64,000 nt of DNA, taken from an uncultured Gammaproteobacteria bacterium. GTDB lineage: Bacteria > Patescibacteriota > Patescibacteriia > UBA9934. Made by a program: the position numbers and the translations under genes. Shown one piece after another: positions 38,757 to 48,494 of the stretch. The DNA lies in NCBI GenBank assembly GCA_964613815.1, contig CAZTKG010000001.1:200895-264894 (forward strand), in the 5' to 3' direction. The notes under the pieces are model-generated. The model did no database searches. It saw nothing but the letters and a program-made list of their open reading frames with translations, and was not told where the DNA came from. Every line of letters starts with the position of its first letter. The first letter of the stretch is position 1.

Positions 38757-38812
38757 GAGCCTCGTGATCGCAAAGACCCCGCGTCTTGCGATGCGAGGCC
38801 TTCTTTTTTCTC
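38757..38812. terminator. Bidirectional terminator between the island and the convergent permease gene
   Basis: gagcctcgtgatcgcaaagaccccgcgtcttgcgatgcgaggcc long hairpin followed by ttcttttttctc. Confidence 0.5.
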
Positions 38813-38822
38813 TTTATTTTTG

Positions 38823-39959
38823 CTATGTCACGATCATCATGATGATTCCTGTGATAAATACGAGTGCACAGGCATACATGGTCCAGCTTGGGACTTTGAA
38901 CGCACGCTTCGTGGTTGTGGCGTGTTTTTTTGCGGATAAGTATGTGGCGATGATGAGGAGACTTGCACAACCGCCGAAGACGCCGCCGACGAAGCCGACG
39001 ACTTCGATGAATTCTCGGATGTTTAGAAGGAAGAGGGCCATAGGGACGGAAATAACGACGGCCCAGCTAGTCATGTAGCGGCGTTTGTAGTCGATGGTGA
39101 GCATGTCCATGAAGGACATTCCGAGAATCAGGAAACTCGTGAAGACGGAGAAGAGGCCGATGAGGGAGCCGATGAGGAGGACCCATTCGCCGACGACGGC
39201 GCCGAGGCCGGTGATGGCGTCTTGGGTGGTTCCGGCGCCGCTTACGGCGACGATAATGCCGGTGAAAATAAGGTAGACGACGGATACGATGGCGACGCCG
39301 GTGATGATAGCTCTTGGGAGGAGGCGTTTTTGGCGGCCGAGGACTTGAGCCATTTCTGGGACAACGGCGGCTCCACCTAAGGCAAATATCACGACACCGA
39401 ATGGGGTGAACCAGTGGTCTGTGGTTATGGAGGTGAGGTTTGTGAGGTCAATGTGAGGAGTGGATCCTGTGAGGATCAGTGCCAGGAGGATGAATAATAG
39501 GGCCACAAAGATCCCCTCTAGGCGGACGATGAAGCCGAGGCCTCCGATGAGGAGGAGGCTGCAGATTGTGTAGAAGATGATTTGGTAGGTGAATACGGAG
39601 CCTCCGAGGAGCGGCGAGATGAGGGCGTGGAGGAAGCCGCCGCCGAGGATGAGGTATGCGAGAAGGGCTCCCCAGCTGCTTGCGGCGATGGTGATGAAGG
39701 CGGCCCAGGTCCAGTGTTTGCCGAGGTATTTTTTGGTGAGGCCGGCGAGGTGGTGTTTGCCGCGGGTTGTGACGATGACTTCGCTGTAGGCAGCGAGGAC
39801 GAGCATGTAGACGAGGGCGAGGGCGACGAGCCAGGTAGCGCCGATCGCGAATCCTGATTGCGAGAAAACGTAAGGGAGCCCGAAAATTCCGACGCCGATG
39901 ACGGAACCGATGAAGGGCTGGACAGCGCGCCAGAATACCCTCTTTTTTGCAGATATCAT
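38823..39959 (-). CDS. Amino-acid permease (aromatic amino acid / Aa_trans-like, 11 TM)
   Basis: 378 aa polytopic; N-terminal FWRAVQPFIGSVIGVGIFGLPYVFSQSG is typical of Trp/Tyr-permease-family transporters. Confidence 0.75.
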   Translation of the reverse strand: MISAKKRVFWRAVQPFIGSVIGVGIFGLPYVFSQSGFAIGATWLVALALVYMLVLAAYSEVIVTTRGKHHLAGLTKKYLGKHWTWAAFITIAASSWGALLAYLILGGGFLHALISPLLGGSVFTYQIIFYTICSLLLIGGLGFIVRLEGIFVALLFILLALILTGSTPHIDLTNLTSITTDHWFTPFGVVIFALGGAAVVPEMAQVLGRQKRLLPRAIITGVAIVSVVYLIFTGIIVAVSGAGTTQDAITGLGAVVGEWVLLIGSLIGLFSVFTSFLILGMSFMDMLTIDYKRRYMTSWAVVISVPMALFLLNIREFIEVVGFVGGVFGGCASLLIIATYLSAKKHATTTKRAFKVPSWTMYACALVFITGIIMMIVT

Positions 39960-39986
39960 AAGGAAATTATATCACAGGCTTCCTCT

Positions 39987-40038
39987 TCCCCATCTCGACC
40001 GAAGTGGAGAGATCTCTCGACTTCGCTCGAGATGGGAA
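39987..40038. repeat. Family-1 palindromic repeat, copy H (compact, no loop)
   Basis: ccccatctcgaccgaagtggagagatctctcgacttcgctcgagatgggaag; between the permease and dnaB. Confidence 0.85.
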
Positions 40039-40098
40039 GTGCTTTTGATGAATACGGGTAGCATTTGCGATTGCGGTGGATTGGGTTAATATGGGGCC

Positions 40099-41541
40099 AT
40101 GACTGATCGCGCGGGAAAAATCCCTCCTCAAAGTATTGAGGCGGAAGAATCGCTTCTGGGAGCCATTTTGACGGACTCGGAATCGCTTATTAAAATTGTT
40201 GATGTTTTAAAGGCGGAGGACTTTTATAAAAATGCCCATTCGCGTGTGTATGGGGCGATTGTGGAATTGTATGAGCGGCATGAGCCGGTTGATTTGTTGA
40301 CGGTTGGAAATCGGCTTGAGGAGTCGGACATGCTTAAGTACATCGGCGGGCGGACGACGCTTGTGGAACTGACGAACAAGGTGGCTTCGGCGGCGCATCT
40401 TTCGCATTACGCCGAAATCATTCAAAAGAAGGCGACATTGCGGCGGCTGATTCGGACGGCTGGAGAGATTGCGGAGATGGGATATGACGAGGGGGAGGAT
40501 GTGGATATTTTGATCGATGAGGCGGAGCAGAAGCTTTTTAATGTTTCTGGGCACTTTGTGAAGCAGGCATTTACGCCGATTCGGTCTGTTTTGAGTGGGG
40601 CGTTTGAGCGGATTGATGAGCTGCATAAGAATCGAGGGCAGTTGCGCGGGCTTCCGACGGGGTTTATTGGCGTGGATAATCTTCTCGCTGGACTTCAGCG
40701 GTCTGACCTTGTGATTCTCGCGGCGCGTCCTGCGGTTGGAAAGACAAGTTTTGCGCTGGATATTGTGCGAGCGGTTTCGCTGAAAACGAAGCAGCCTGTT
40801 GGCCTGTTTTCGCTGGAGATGAGTAAGGAGCAGCTTGTGGATAGAATGATTTGTGCAGAAGCGAATATTGACTTGTGGAAAATGCGTACGGGGCGGCTTA
40901 GTGAGAAGGATGATGACTTTCCTCGCATCGGTGAGGCGCTTGCGAAGTTGAGTGAGGCGCCGATCTTTATTGATGACTCTGGAATGGCGAACATTATGAC
41001 CATTCGTACGAAGACGCGGCGGCTGAAGGCGGAGCATGGACTTGGAATGATTGTGATTGATTATTTGCAGCTCATGGATGGGCGGAAGTCTGGAGAGAAC
41101 CGAACGCAAGAAATTTCTGAGATCAGTCGAGGCTTGAAGCAGATTGCGCGTGAACTTGATGTCCCGGTTCTTGCGCTCTCGCAGCTTTCTCGTGCGGTAG
41201 AACAGTCTAAGCCTGCGATTCCTAAGCTATCTCACCTTCGTGAATCTGGGTCGATTGAGCAGGATGCGGATGTGGTGATGTTTATGTATCGAAAGGCGGC
41301 GGACAGAAACTATCAGCCGGAGGAGTTGACGCCTGATGAGAAGAACACGGGTGAGCTCCATATTGCAAAGCATCGTAATGGGCCGACAGGGATGGTACGA
41401 TTGTTTTGGGATGCGAAACGTGCGAGTTTTCGTAATCTTGAGCAGCGCCAGATGGCACCGCAAGGGCAGGCACATAATCCAGCGAATGTTGGACTCCCGC
41501 CTGGGATGGCGCCAAAACAATCTGCTCCCGTAAATCAGTAA
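40099..41541 (+). CDS. dnaB: Replicative DNA helicase DnaB
   Basis: 480 aa; N-terminal domain (SIEAEESLLGAIL), Walker A ARPAVGKTSFAL, RecA-like motifs (IDYLQLM, SQLSR). Confidence 0.95.
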   Translation: MTDRAGKIPPQSIEAEESLLGAILTDSESLIKIVDVLKAEDFYKNAHSRVYGAIVELYERHEPVDLLTVGNRLEESDMLKYIGGRTTLVELTNKVASAAHLSHYAEIIQKKATLRRLIRTAGEIAEMGYDEGEDVDILIDEAEQKLFNVSGHFVKQAFTPIRSVLSGAFERIDELHKNRGQLRGLPTGFIGVDNLLAGLQRSDLVILAARPAVGKTSFALDIVRAVSLKTKQPVGLFSLEMSKEQLVDRMICAEANIDLWKMRTGRLSEKDDDFPRIGEALAKLSEAPIFIDDSGMANIMTIRTKTRRLKAEHGLGMIVIDYLQLMDGRKSGENRTQEISEISRGLKQIARELDVPVLALSQLSRAVEQSKPAIPKLSHLRESGSIEQDADVVMFMYRKAADRNYQPEELTPDEKNTGELHIAKHRNGPTGMVRLFWDAKRASFRNLEQRQMAPQGQAHNPANVGLPPGMAPKQSAPVNQ

Positions 41542-41549
41542 TATTTTCT

Positions 41550-41843
41550 ATGTTCAATAAATTGAAACAAATTAAAGATATTCGTAAGCAAGCTAAGTCC
41601 ATGCAGTCTGTGATGGCTGAGATTGTGATTGTTGGCCAAGGAAAAGGTGGAAAAGTGATGATTACGCTTGATGGGAATCAGGCGGTTCAGGGGGTGAAGA
41701 TCGAGGAAGGGATGAGTACTTCGGATATTGCCGATGGGGTGAAAGCCGCGTTTAATGATGCGACGAAGAAGTTGCAGAAGGAGATGGCGATGAAGTTGAA
41801 GGATATGGGCGGACTTGATGCGCTCAAGGACCTTGGGCTGTAG
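41550..41843 (+). CDS. ybaB: Nucleoid-associated protein YbaB/EbfC
   Basis: 97 aa; MFNKLKQIKDIRKQAKSMQ...GKGGKVMITLDGN matches the YbaB family. Classic position before recR. Confidence 0.85.
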   Translation: MFNKLKQIKDIRKQAKSMQSVMAEIVIVGQGKGGKVMITLDGNQAVQGVKIEEGMSTSDIADGVKAAFNDATKKLQKEMAMKLKDMGGLDALKDLGL

Positions 41844-41850
41844 GTGATGT

Positions 41851-42450
41851 ATGCGTCAGTTTCCGGCACCTATCCACAATGCTGTGGCAGCCTTTACACG
41901 ACTGCCTGCTGTGGGGCCGAAAACGGCGCTTCGGTATACATTTGCGCTTTTGCGGATGAGCCCGAGCGTGCGTCAGGGGCTTGCGCGTGCGATTGAGCGG
42001 CTTGATGATGTACGTGTTTGTCGGACCTGTTATGCGCATTCTGAGGAGCCGGTTTGTGGGATCTGTTCTGATCCTCGACGGGATGCGGGCCTTTTGTGTG
42101 TCGTGTCTGAGTCTCGAGACATTGCGACGATTGAGGCGACGGATGCGTATCGTGGGCGGTATTTTGTTCTTGGGGGGACGCTGAGTCCCATTGAAGGACG
42201 GACGCCGGAGACGCTTCATGTGCGGCAGCTTATGGGGATACTTGATTCGAGTCCGCATGTTAGTGAAGTGATTTTGGCGTTTTCTCCTGATGTGCATGGG
42301 GAGACGACGATCTTGTATCTTGCTAAACGACTGAAAGAACTCGGCAAAAAAACCACGAAACTTGCTCGTGGTCTTCCGATTGGGGCGGACTTGGAATATA
42401 CGGATGAGATTACGCTTCTTGGGGCGCTTGAGGGACGACGCGAGGCGTGA
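41851..42450 (+). CDS. recR: Recombination protein RecR
   Basis: HhH motif (LPAVGPKTALRY), C4 zinc finger (CRTCYAHSEEPVCGICSD), Toprim domain. Confidence 0.9.
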   Translation: MRQFPAPIHNAVAAFTRLPAVGPKTALRYTFALLRMSPSVRQGLARAIERLDDVRVCRTCYAHSEEPVCGICSDPRRDAGLLCVVSESRDIATIEATDAYRGRYFVLGGTLSPIEGRTPETLHVRQLMGILDSSPHVSEVILAFSPDVHGETTILYLAKRLKELGKKTTKLARGLPIGADLEYTDEITLLGALEGRREA

Positions 42451-42452
42451 TC

Positions 42453-43286
42453 TTATCTTGAGGCGATTGCTTGAGCTGCCTTGAGAACATTTGAGAGCAA
42501 GTATGCGACCGTTAGCGGTCCTACTCCTCCTGGGACAGGACTGATGAAGGCGGCATTTTCGATGACATCTGGAGCGGCGTCGCCTATTGTGCGGCGGCCG
42601 TTTTTGTTTGTGCCGACATCGATCACGATGGCGCCATTTTTTGTCATTTGTTTTGTGAGGACCCCTGCCCTGCCGACGGCGACAATGATAATGTCAGCTT
42701 CTTTTGTTTTTTGGATAAGCTCAGCGTCGTCAGGATTGATGATTTCGCTTGCTGTGCCGAGTCCTGCGAGAAGATGCACGATTGGCTCGCCGAAGATACC
42801 GCTGTTTGCGATGATGGCTGCGCGTTTTGACTTTAGCGGCTGCCGCGTTGCTGTCACAAGTTTCATGACGGCAAGTGCGACCGGGGGGACGAATGCTGGA
42901 GCGCCATTTAAGAGACCGCCTCGATTGATTGGATGGAAGCCGTCGACGTCCTTTTTGGGGTCGATTGTGCTAATAATGGCGTTTTCGTCCTGTCCTGAGA
43001 GGGGGAATTGGACGAGGATTCCATGAATATCGTCTCGCTTGTTAAAATTTTGGACCGCTTTTTTGATGTCTTCTGTGGATGCATCTTCTGGAAATAGCTG
43101 TTTATCCACGTATATCCCTGCCTCTTTCGCCGCTTTTTCCTTGAGGGATACGTACAGCTTGGAAGCTGGGTCAGAACCGACCAAAATGACCCCTAATCCT
43201 GGTAAAATAGGGAGTTTTTTGATGCGAATTGCGGTTTTTTCGAGGATTTTCTTTGCTAAAAGTGACCCTTTGATGATTTCTGACAT
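42453..43286 (-). CDS. folD: Bifunctional methylenetetrahydrofolate dehydrogenase/cyclohydrolase FolD
   Basis: 277 aa; GVILVGSDPASKLYVSLK and a C-terminal Rossmann segment typical of FolD. Confidence 0.9.
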   Translation of the reverse strand: MSEIIKGSLLAKKILEKTAIRIKKLPILPGLGVILVGSDPASKLYVSLKEKAAKEAGIYVDKQLFPEDASTEDIKKAVQNFNKRDDIHGILVQFPLSGQDENAIISTIDPKKDVDGFHPINRGGLLNGAPAFVPPVALAVMKLVTATRQPLKSKRAAIIANSGIFGEPIVHLLAGLGTASEIINPDDAELIQKTKEADIIIVAVGRAGVLTKQMTKNGAIVIDVGTNKNGRRTIGDAAPDVIENAAFISPVPGGVGPLTVAYLLSNVLKAAQAIASR

Positions 43287-43480
43287 AGGCGGTTTGTGGC
43301 CGAACTATAGCGTAAAACGGGGAAAAATCAAGCTTTTTTGGGGAAAACTTGGAGATAGGGGAAAATGTCCATAAAACATTGACAAAATGGGGGTTTTGTG
43401 GTATTTTGTGGCGTTGATCTTTGTCAATTTCACCCCGAATTTGCGCGGTTTCCGTGCAATTTTTCCAACCTGGAGAATCC

Positions 43481-45460
43481 ATGTCCCCCAATCCCTCATT
43501 CCTCGACCGCGCAGAAGGCGCAGCGTTCGACACCATCGGGCAGCACAAGCTGTCACACGGCGATGAGATCCTGGGCTCGCTTCTGCTCAAGCTGCACCTC
43601 CCGGGTGCACGCGGCGCAGAGCTGATGTTCCATGGCAACGACGACAACCTCCCCGAAGGCCCCGAGCATCTGCACGTCGGCATCGGCGGCGGGATGTTCG
43701 ACGAACATCGCGCGGAAGGACGGCTGCCGAATACGTGCAGTGCGGTTCTTGTCGCAGAAGCGCTCGAGATCGCGGATGCGCCCGAACTGCAGCTTGTCCT
43801 CAACGAGGCGCTGCGCGCGGACACAACTTCTGGTCAGCAGACCATGGAGCTCGCGCAGATGATCAAGACGCTGAACTCCCATGGCGATCAGGTCAAGGCG
43901 TCCGACAATCCAGACCTCCGCGTCTGGAAGATGGCGGCGCGGGCCTACCTTGCCGTGATCAACCAGCAGCGTGGCGACGAGCCGCGCGAACTCGACGTCG
44001 AGCAGATGCAGGTCCCGGAGAACTCGTGTCTCCCGGAACTCACCAAGAACAACCGAGCGAAGCAGCGGATCGATACCTTGATCCTCCCGGCGTTCTGCGA
44101 AATCCGCGCGCTCGCGCAAGCGAAGCTCCTGAAATGGTACGGATACGAGGGCTGGAACATGCCCGAGGACTCTGACCGACTGGAGATCGTTTTCGTGCGT
44201 ACCCAGCGTCAGCTGGAGCGCGAGATCCGCGCCTCGGACTATCGCTGTATCGTGATCGGTATCGAAGGAGGGCAGGTCCCTCCAACGATGACGGTCAGGC
44301 GGCTCGCCAAAGACCTCAAGGTCCGGTGGGTCAAGGAGATGCTGCGCGTGTTCCTGCGCGAGTGTCATCGGTGGGACCGCTACGGCCCCGATGGCTACGA
44401 ACCCGACGACGGCGGCGAGAGCCCCGACTACGACAGCCGGCGGTGGGTCCGCCCCCTCGAGCTCGTCAACTTGGTCAGCTGGCTCAATGGCTGGTCCAAG
44501 ATGGGTCCGGTGGAGATCTGGGACTACGTGGAAGAGGTGTTCGACGCCGTCTTCCGTGAGAGTCAGAACTTCTGGGAGGTCTGTCCCGCGCAGTTCAAGC
44601 GACGTGCCTTTGTGACGTCGTTCCCACTTCCGGAATCCTGTCGCGTTCGCATCGTGCCCGAAGTCGTCGAGAACATCCACGACGACGAAGACGAATACGA
44701 CGCGGACATCGACGGTCCGCGCGGCCTGATCGAGACGGTTTCGGCAGGCGTCAAGCTCCTTGAAGGACCCGCACCTGAGGCGCCGGAACAGCGGCTGAAG
44801 ATCTGTATCGTGTTCACCAACAACTCGGTGATGCACAAGTATGCGAGAGCGATCGAAGGCTGTCATGTGGTCATCGTGCGCAACAGCCGCCGTCAGGTTC
44901 AGCTGTTCACACATCGAGATCACAAGATGGCGGCACGGTATGCTGCAGCAGCCATCAGCCTGCTGGAGCACGTCGTCGCAGAGCAGGACCATGACCTCGA
45001 GGCGCAGTGGGCCCATATCTGTGAGATCGCTCGAACTGGACGTGGTCGCAACCTCCTCGGCGCAGCGTCCCACTGGTATGCGCATGATGTGGCCGGAAGT
45101 GTCCTCAACGGTTCCCTGACACATCCCGAGGTCCCGGCAACGAAACTCGATGATCACGAGCTCGTCGAAATGGTCCTCGCCGCTGCCGCTGCGTATGTAG
45201 GCGACTTCGCAGCCCTTCAGGACGCACAATTCGACGCTGCGTCCCGACTTGCCACGGGTCAGAAGTCCTCAACCGAGGAAGAGATCGCCACCGTGCACGA
45301 CAACGTCGCAGATCTCTTCGACTACATCAAGGGCCTTCGGCTCGTGATGGCGGATGAGGGCGACGAGGCCGTGACCGAGGACGACACCGAAGTCGATGAG
45401 GATGCGACCGAGGTCGAAGTCGACCTGCAGGCAGATTTCGACCCCACCTCCGACGAGTAG
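43481..45460 (+). CDS. Large hypothetical protein (659 aa) with acidic C-terminal tail; GC-rich, likely horizontally acquired
   Basis: Start at the ATG preceded by GGAGaatcc; ORF track begins at 43421. Weak promoter-like TTGGAC-N18-TATTTT upstream. No recognisable domain; C-terminus DEGDEAVTEDDTEVDEDATEVEVD. The antisense 558-aa ORF is judged spurious. Confidence 0.5.
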   Translation: MSPNPSFLDRAEGAAFDTIGQHKLSHGDEILGSLLLKLHLPGARGAELMFHGNDDNLPEGPEHLHVGIGGGMFDEHRAEGRLPNTCSAVLVAEALEIADAPELQLVLNEALRADTTSGQQTMELAQMIKTLNSHGDQVKASDNPDLRVWKMAARAYLAVINQQRGDEPRELDVEQMQVPENSCLPELTKNNRAKQRIDTLILPAFCEIRALAQAKLLKWYGYEGWNMPEDSDRLEIVFVRTQRQLEREIRASDYRCIVIGIEGGQVPPTMTVRRLAKDLKVRWVKEMLRVFLRECHRWDRYGPDGYEPDDGGESPDYDSRRWVRPLELVNLVSWLNGWSKMGPVEIWDYVEEVFDAVFRESQNFWEVCPAQFKRRAFVTSFPLPESCRVRIVPEVVENIHDDEDEYDADIDGPRGLIETVSAGVKLLEGPAPEAPEQRLKICIVFTNNSVMHKYARAIEGCHVVIVRNSRRQVQLFTHRDHKMAARYAAAAISLLEHVVAEQDHDLEAQWAHICEIARTGRGRNLLGAASHWYAHDVAGSVLNGSLTHPEVPATKLDDHELVEMVLAAAAAYVGDFAALQDAQFDAASRLATGQKSSTEEEIATVHDNVADLFDYIKGLRLVMADEGDEAVTEDDTEVDEDATEVEVDLQADFDPTSDE

Positions 45461-45548
45461 AAGCGTCACGCTCCTCGTCTTATCTTCCCCCCTTGGGAGC
45501 CCCAGTGGCTTCTGAGGGGGGATGTTTGTATAAAAAGAAGCCTCTTTG

Positions 45549-46556
45549 CTATGAAGCTTGAGACTTTTTGTGACGTCTGCGGCCAGATTGCCAGCCTTTA
45601 ATGAGACGTTGACGTTGCTGTTGGCGCGCGTTTGTCCAGAGACGGTATTCCTCGATTTTCCGTGGGATTTCTGAGAGCGGTATCTGCCTTACCACGATAT
45701 GGAATGATCCGTCGAATACCCTCCAGGGACCGAACCAGCCGTTTGCGTTTGCGCCGAATCCACATGTGAGTTCGACGACGGGAAGCGTCCAGCTGGATGC
45801 CTCAAGAGCCTCGAATGACCCGTTTGCTCGTGCGACGCCGACATGCGTGAGCATTTCGAGGTCACGAACCTTGCCGCTGAATTTCTTCTGATCGGCTGCG
45901 AGCGCGCTTGGGAGCGGACGGTGCTGGTCCTCGAGGATGACGTACGCCCTCCCCTCTTCGATGACACGAGTGATGAATTCCCGAATCTTCTTCTTGGCCT
46001 GCTTCGGCCTCTTGTACCGAATGACCTGCACGACGCCGATGACGATTCCGGGAAGGATGGCGATGACAGAGATCAGGATGTTTAGGACGTTCTTCTGCTT
46101 GCTGATGATGGTTGCACGCGAGTTGATGAACTTGGCAACATACCAAATCAGAAGCGGTACCCCCATGAATGGCGGATGATTGGAGAGGACGAGAACCGGT
46201 TTTCCGAGGAAGTCGAAGTCTGGGCGCGGTGCTCTGATGTCCATCCAGAGGAGAAACTGGACGATATGCGTGATGTTGCTTGACCATCTGCGGAGCGAAT
46301 CCTCGAGCGGGCTGCGAACCCCTACGAATCGCTTCCGCAGCTCGTAGGGGATGTGCATGATGAGGATCTTGAGCCCGTGGTAGGCCGTTGCGAGAACACT
46401 CAGAATGCCTGCAATCGGCACCCTGACTGATTTGCTGATGAATTCTTGCATGGATTCTCCTGCGCTCATGTCTATGCGCAGCTGATGAAAGAGCTGTGGG
46501 ATTATGCCTCGATCAGCTCCTTGTGTCAACTCATGTGTATGAAAAAATCTCTGCAT
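45549..46556 (-). CDS. Putative membrane-associated acyltransferase (PlsC/LPLAT-like); weak call
   Basis: 335 aa with a central hydrophobic region and a VLVLSNHPPFMG segment loosely resembling the acyltransferase H(X4)D block. Confidence 0.35.
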   Translation of the reverse strand: MQRFFHTHELTQGADRGIIPQLFHQLRIDMSAGESMQEFISKSVRVPIAGILSVLATAYHGLKILIMHIPYELRKRFVGVRSPLEDSLRRWSSNITHIVQFLLWMDIRAPRPDFDFLGKPVLVLSNHPPFMGVPLLIWYVAKFINSRATIISKQKNVLNILISVIAILPGIVIGVVQVIRYKRPKQAKKKIREFITRVIEEGRAYVILEDQHRPLPSALAADQKKFSGKVRDLEMLTHVGVARANGSFEALEASSWTLPVVELTCGFGANANGWFGPWRVFDGSFHIVVRQIPLSEIPRKIEEYRLWTNARQQQRQRLIKGWQSGRRRHKKSQAS

Positions 46557-46870
46557 TATGCAGAGATTTTTTCGATCTTTATCTTGGTGAAATGTTGGCG
46601 ATGACCAACGTTTCGGCGGTAGCGGCTTTTTGACTTGTATTTGATGACAGAGACTTTTTTGTCTCGGCCGGATTCGACGATTGAGGCCTCCACCTTCGCG
46701 CCGCTAACGGTAGGAGTTCCAACTTTGACGTCCGTGCCCTTTTCGTCAGAGACGAGCATCGCGTCAAATGCGAGCCTTGCTCCGGCGTCACCCTCGAGCT
46801 TTTCTACTTTGAGTTCTTGCCCTTCTTTGACGAGATATTGCTTCCCTCCGGTTTGGATCACTGCGATCAT
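46556..46870 (-). CDS. rplU: 50S ribosomal protein L21
   Basis: MIAVIQTGGKQYLVKEGQ...HRQHFTKIKI is the L21 signature. Confidence 0.9.
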   Translation of the reverse strand: MIAVIQTGGKQYLVKEGQELKVEKLEGDAGARLAFDAMLVSDEKGTDVKVGTPTVSGAKVEASIVESGRDKKVSVIKYKSKSRYRRNVGHRQHFTKIKIEKISA

Positions 46871-46978
46871 AGATTGATCTTACGCTGCTTTTGGTACGCG
46901 ATTGTTGCGGTTTGAAACCTCGGCAGGCGATGAATAATGTGCCAGGACTGTATCAGAAAGTAGGTTTTTTGGCAAGGG

Positions 46979-47431
46979 CTAGTCGTACTGCACCTTGTAG
47001 CCGATGAGGATCCCATGGGCGTCGACATAACCAGCTGGAAATTCGATAGCAGCATCTGCCCGGATCGGGCTTGATGACATGGTTTCTGGCTCCTCCCCCG
47101 GGAGCGGCGCTGACACGTTTTCGCTGATCTTTTTTACTTTTCCATCTTGAATCCAGATGACGTCGAGATCGAATTTCATGCCGTCCATCGTGAACGTTCG
47201 TGTTTCTTGATCGTTAAAGATAAACATCATGCCGTCCGCTTTTTCCATTTGGGCCGTTGAAACTCCGGATAACCCCTTTTGTTGCTCACTTCTTGAATCG
47301 GCGACCCAAAGATTCGCCTGAATTCCGTTGATGTCTACGGCCGTTGTTGATTTGGCAGCTGGCCCCCTTGTTCCAATGATGACGGTGAGAATGAGTGCGA
47401 TGACCGCTGTGAATGTGATCCATTTAAGCAT
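46979..47431 (-). CDS. DUF192-family secreted protein
   Basis: Signal/TM N-terminus, then ...GLSGVSTAQMEKADGMMFIF...FTMDGMKFDLDVIWI...AIEFPAGY pattern of DUF192 (COG1430). Confidence 0.55.
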   Translation of the reverse strand: MLKWITFTAVIALILTVIIGTRGPAAKSTTAVDINGIQANLWVADSRSEQQKGLSGVSTAQMEKADGMMFIFNDQETRTFTMDGMKFDLDVIWIQDGKVKKISENVSAPLPGEEPETMSSSPIRADAAIEFPAGYVDAHGILIGYKVQYD

Positions 47432-48452
47432 ACTGTTGTTTTGAGAGCCTTGATACTGCGAGGAATGTTAGCGTAAAAAGGATGATTAATGCAACCAGCT
47501 TTTGCCAACTTGAGAAGATAAGGGTCGTGAGGCCGAAGCATGTCGCAATAATCGTGTATATTGCAACGATTGATTTAGATGAAAATCCAGCATCTTTTAA
47601 TCTGAGATGGAGATGTGATCTGTCGCCTGATTTGATGGAAACTCCTCGCCTTCTACGGCTTCTGATGACGAAAAGTATGTCGATTGCCGGGACACCGATG
47701 ACAAGTAGGGCGGTCGCTATTTTGGAGCCACTGATGATCGCGAGCGTGCCGAGCATGTATCCGATCAGTGTGCTTCCGCCTTCGCCGAGGAAGATGTGTG
47801 CTGGGGGAAGATTCCAAAGGGCGAATCCTGCCGTTGCCGCAAAGGCGATCAGGGCCATGAGGGCGACGTCTGGCTGGTAGAAGGCTGCTGATAGAGCGAG
47901 GAGCGCGATCATGAGGAAGCCGACGGATCCAACGCTTGCCGTAAGACCGTCGAGGCCGTCGAGGAGCTTTGTCGTGTAGATAATGACCATAAGCCATGAA
48001 AAGGTGATGGCCGATGAGGTGAGCCGTGTCAGTTCGAAGGCACCCCCTGCTGGATTGGTGATTTTTGAGGGGCCGATTCCTGCGAGAACAGCGATCGCGC
48101 ATGCAATGATCGGGAACAGGATAGATGCCTTTGGCGGGAGCGTGTACTTGTCGTCGATAATCCCTCCGATGATCAGAACTGTGGCGCCCGCAAGGAATCC
48201 TGCAATGTGTCCAGCAGTGATGTCACCTGCCGTGAAATGCCTTGACTCGATCATGATAACAACAGTCGGGATGGTGAATGCCAAAAAAATCGCCACTCCA
48301 CCGAGAAGCGGTGTGGGGATTTTGTGATGTTTCCGTTTTCCGTCTGGCGCGTCTGTTACTCCCCAATTTTTTGCGAATTTTCGCACCGTGTGTGTGAGAT
48401 GCACGGCCAGTATCAGCGCGCCAATAACCGGGATAATCCACCAGCTTGGCAT
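47424..48452 (-). CDS. Glycosyltransferase family 4 polyprenyl-phosphate sugar-1-phosphate transferase (MraY/WecA family)
   Basis: 342 aa, 10-11 TM; DAPDGKRKHHKIPTPLLGGVAIF and LDGLDGL motifs of the MraY/WecA family. Confidence 0.85.
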   Translation of the reverse strand: MPSWWIIPVIGALILAVHLTHTVRKFAKNWGVTDAPDGKRKHHKIPTPLLGGVAIFLAFTIPTVVIMIESRHFTAGDITAGHIAGFLAGATVLIIGGIIDDKYTLPPKASILFPIIACAIAVLAGIGPSKITNPAGGAFELTRLTSSAITFSWLMVIIYTTKLLDGLDGLTASVGSVGFLMIALLALSAAFYQPDVALMALIAFAATAGFALWNLPPAHIFLGEGGSTLIGYMLGTLAIISGSKIATALLVIGVPAIDILFVIRSRRRRGVSIKSGDRSHLHLRLKDAGFSSKSIVAIYTIIATCFGLTTLIFSSWQKLVALIILFTLTFLAVSRLSKQQYA

Positions 48453-48494
48453 AGCGATAATGTACGCGGTGAATTTGGATCTTGCAAGGATGAA

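Noticed and set aside
36837-38812. Classical integron
   Set aside because: No intI-like tyrosine recombinase in or near the island. Junctions do not match the attC R''/R' (RYYYAAC...GTTRRRY) consensus. Reported instead as cassette-like with unknown mechanism.
43553-45229. 558-aa ORF antisense to the 659-aa GC-rich gene, plus other long antisense ORFs (35515..36204 in glyA, 40207..41109 in dnaB, 8741..9232 and 8203..8658 in the CPA2 gene, 16017..16448 in the CaCA gene)
   Set aside because: Long stop-free antisense frames are expected in GC-rich coding DNA. Their sequences are low-complexity (Arg/Pro/His-rich), and the sense-strand genes have clear homology or a ribosome-binding site.
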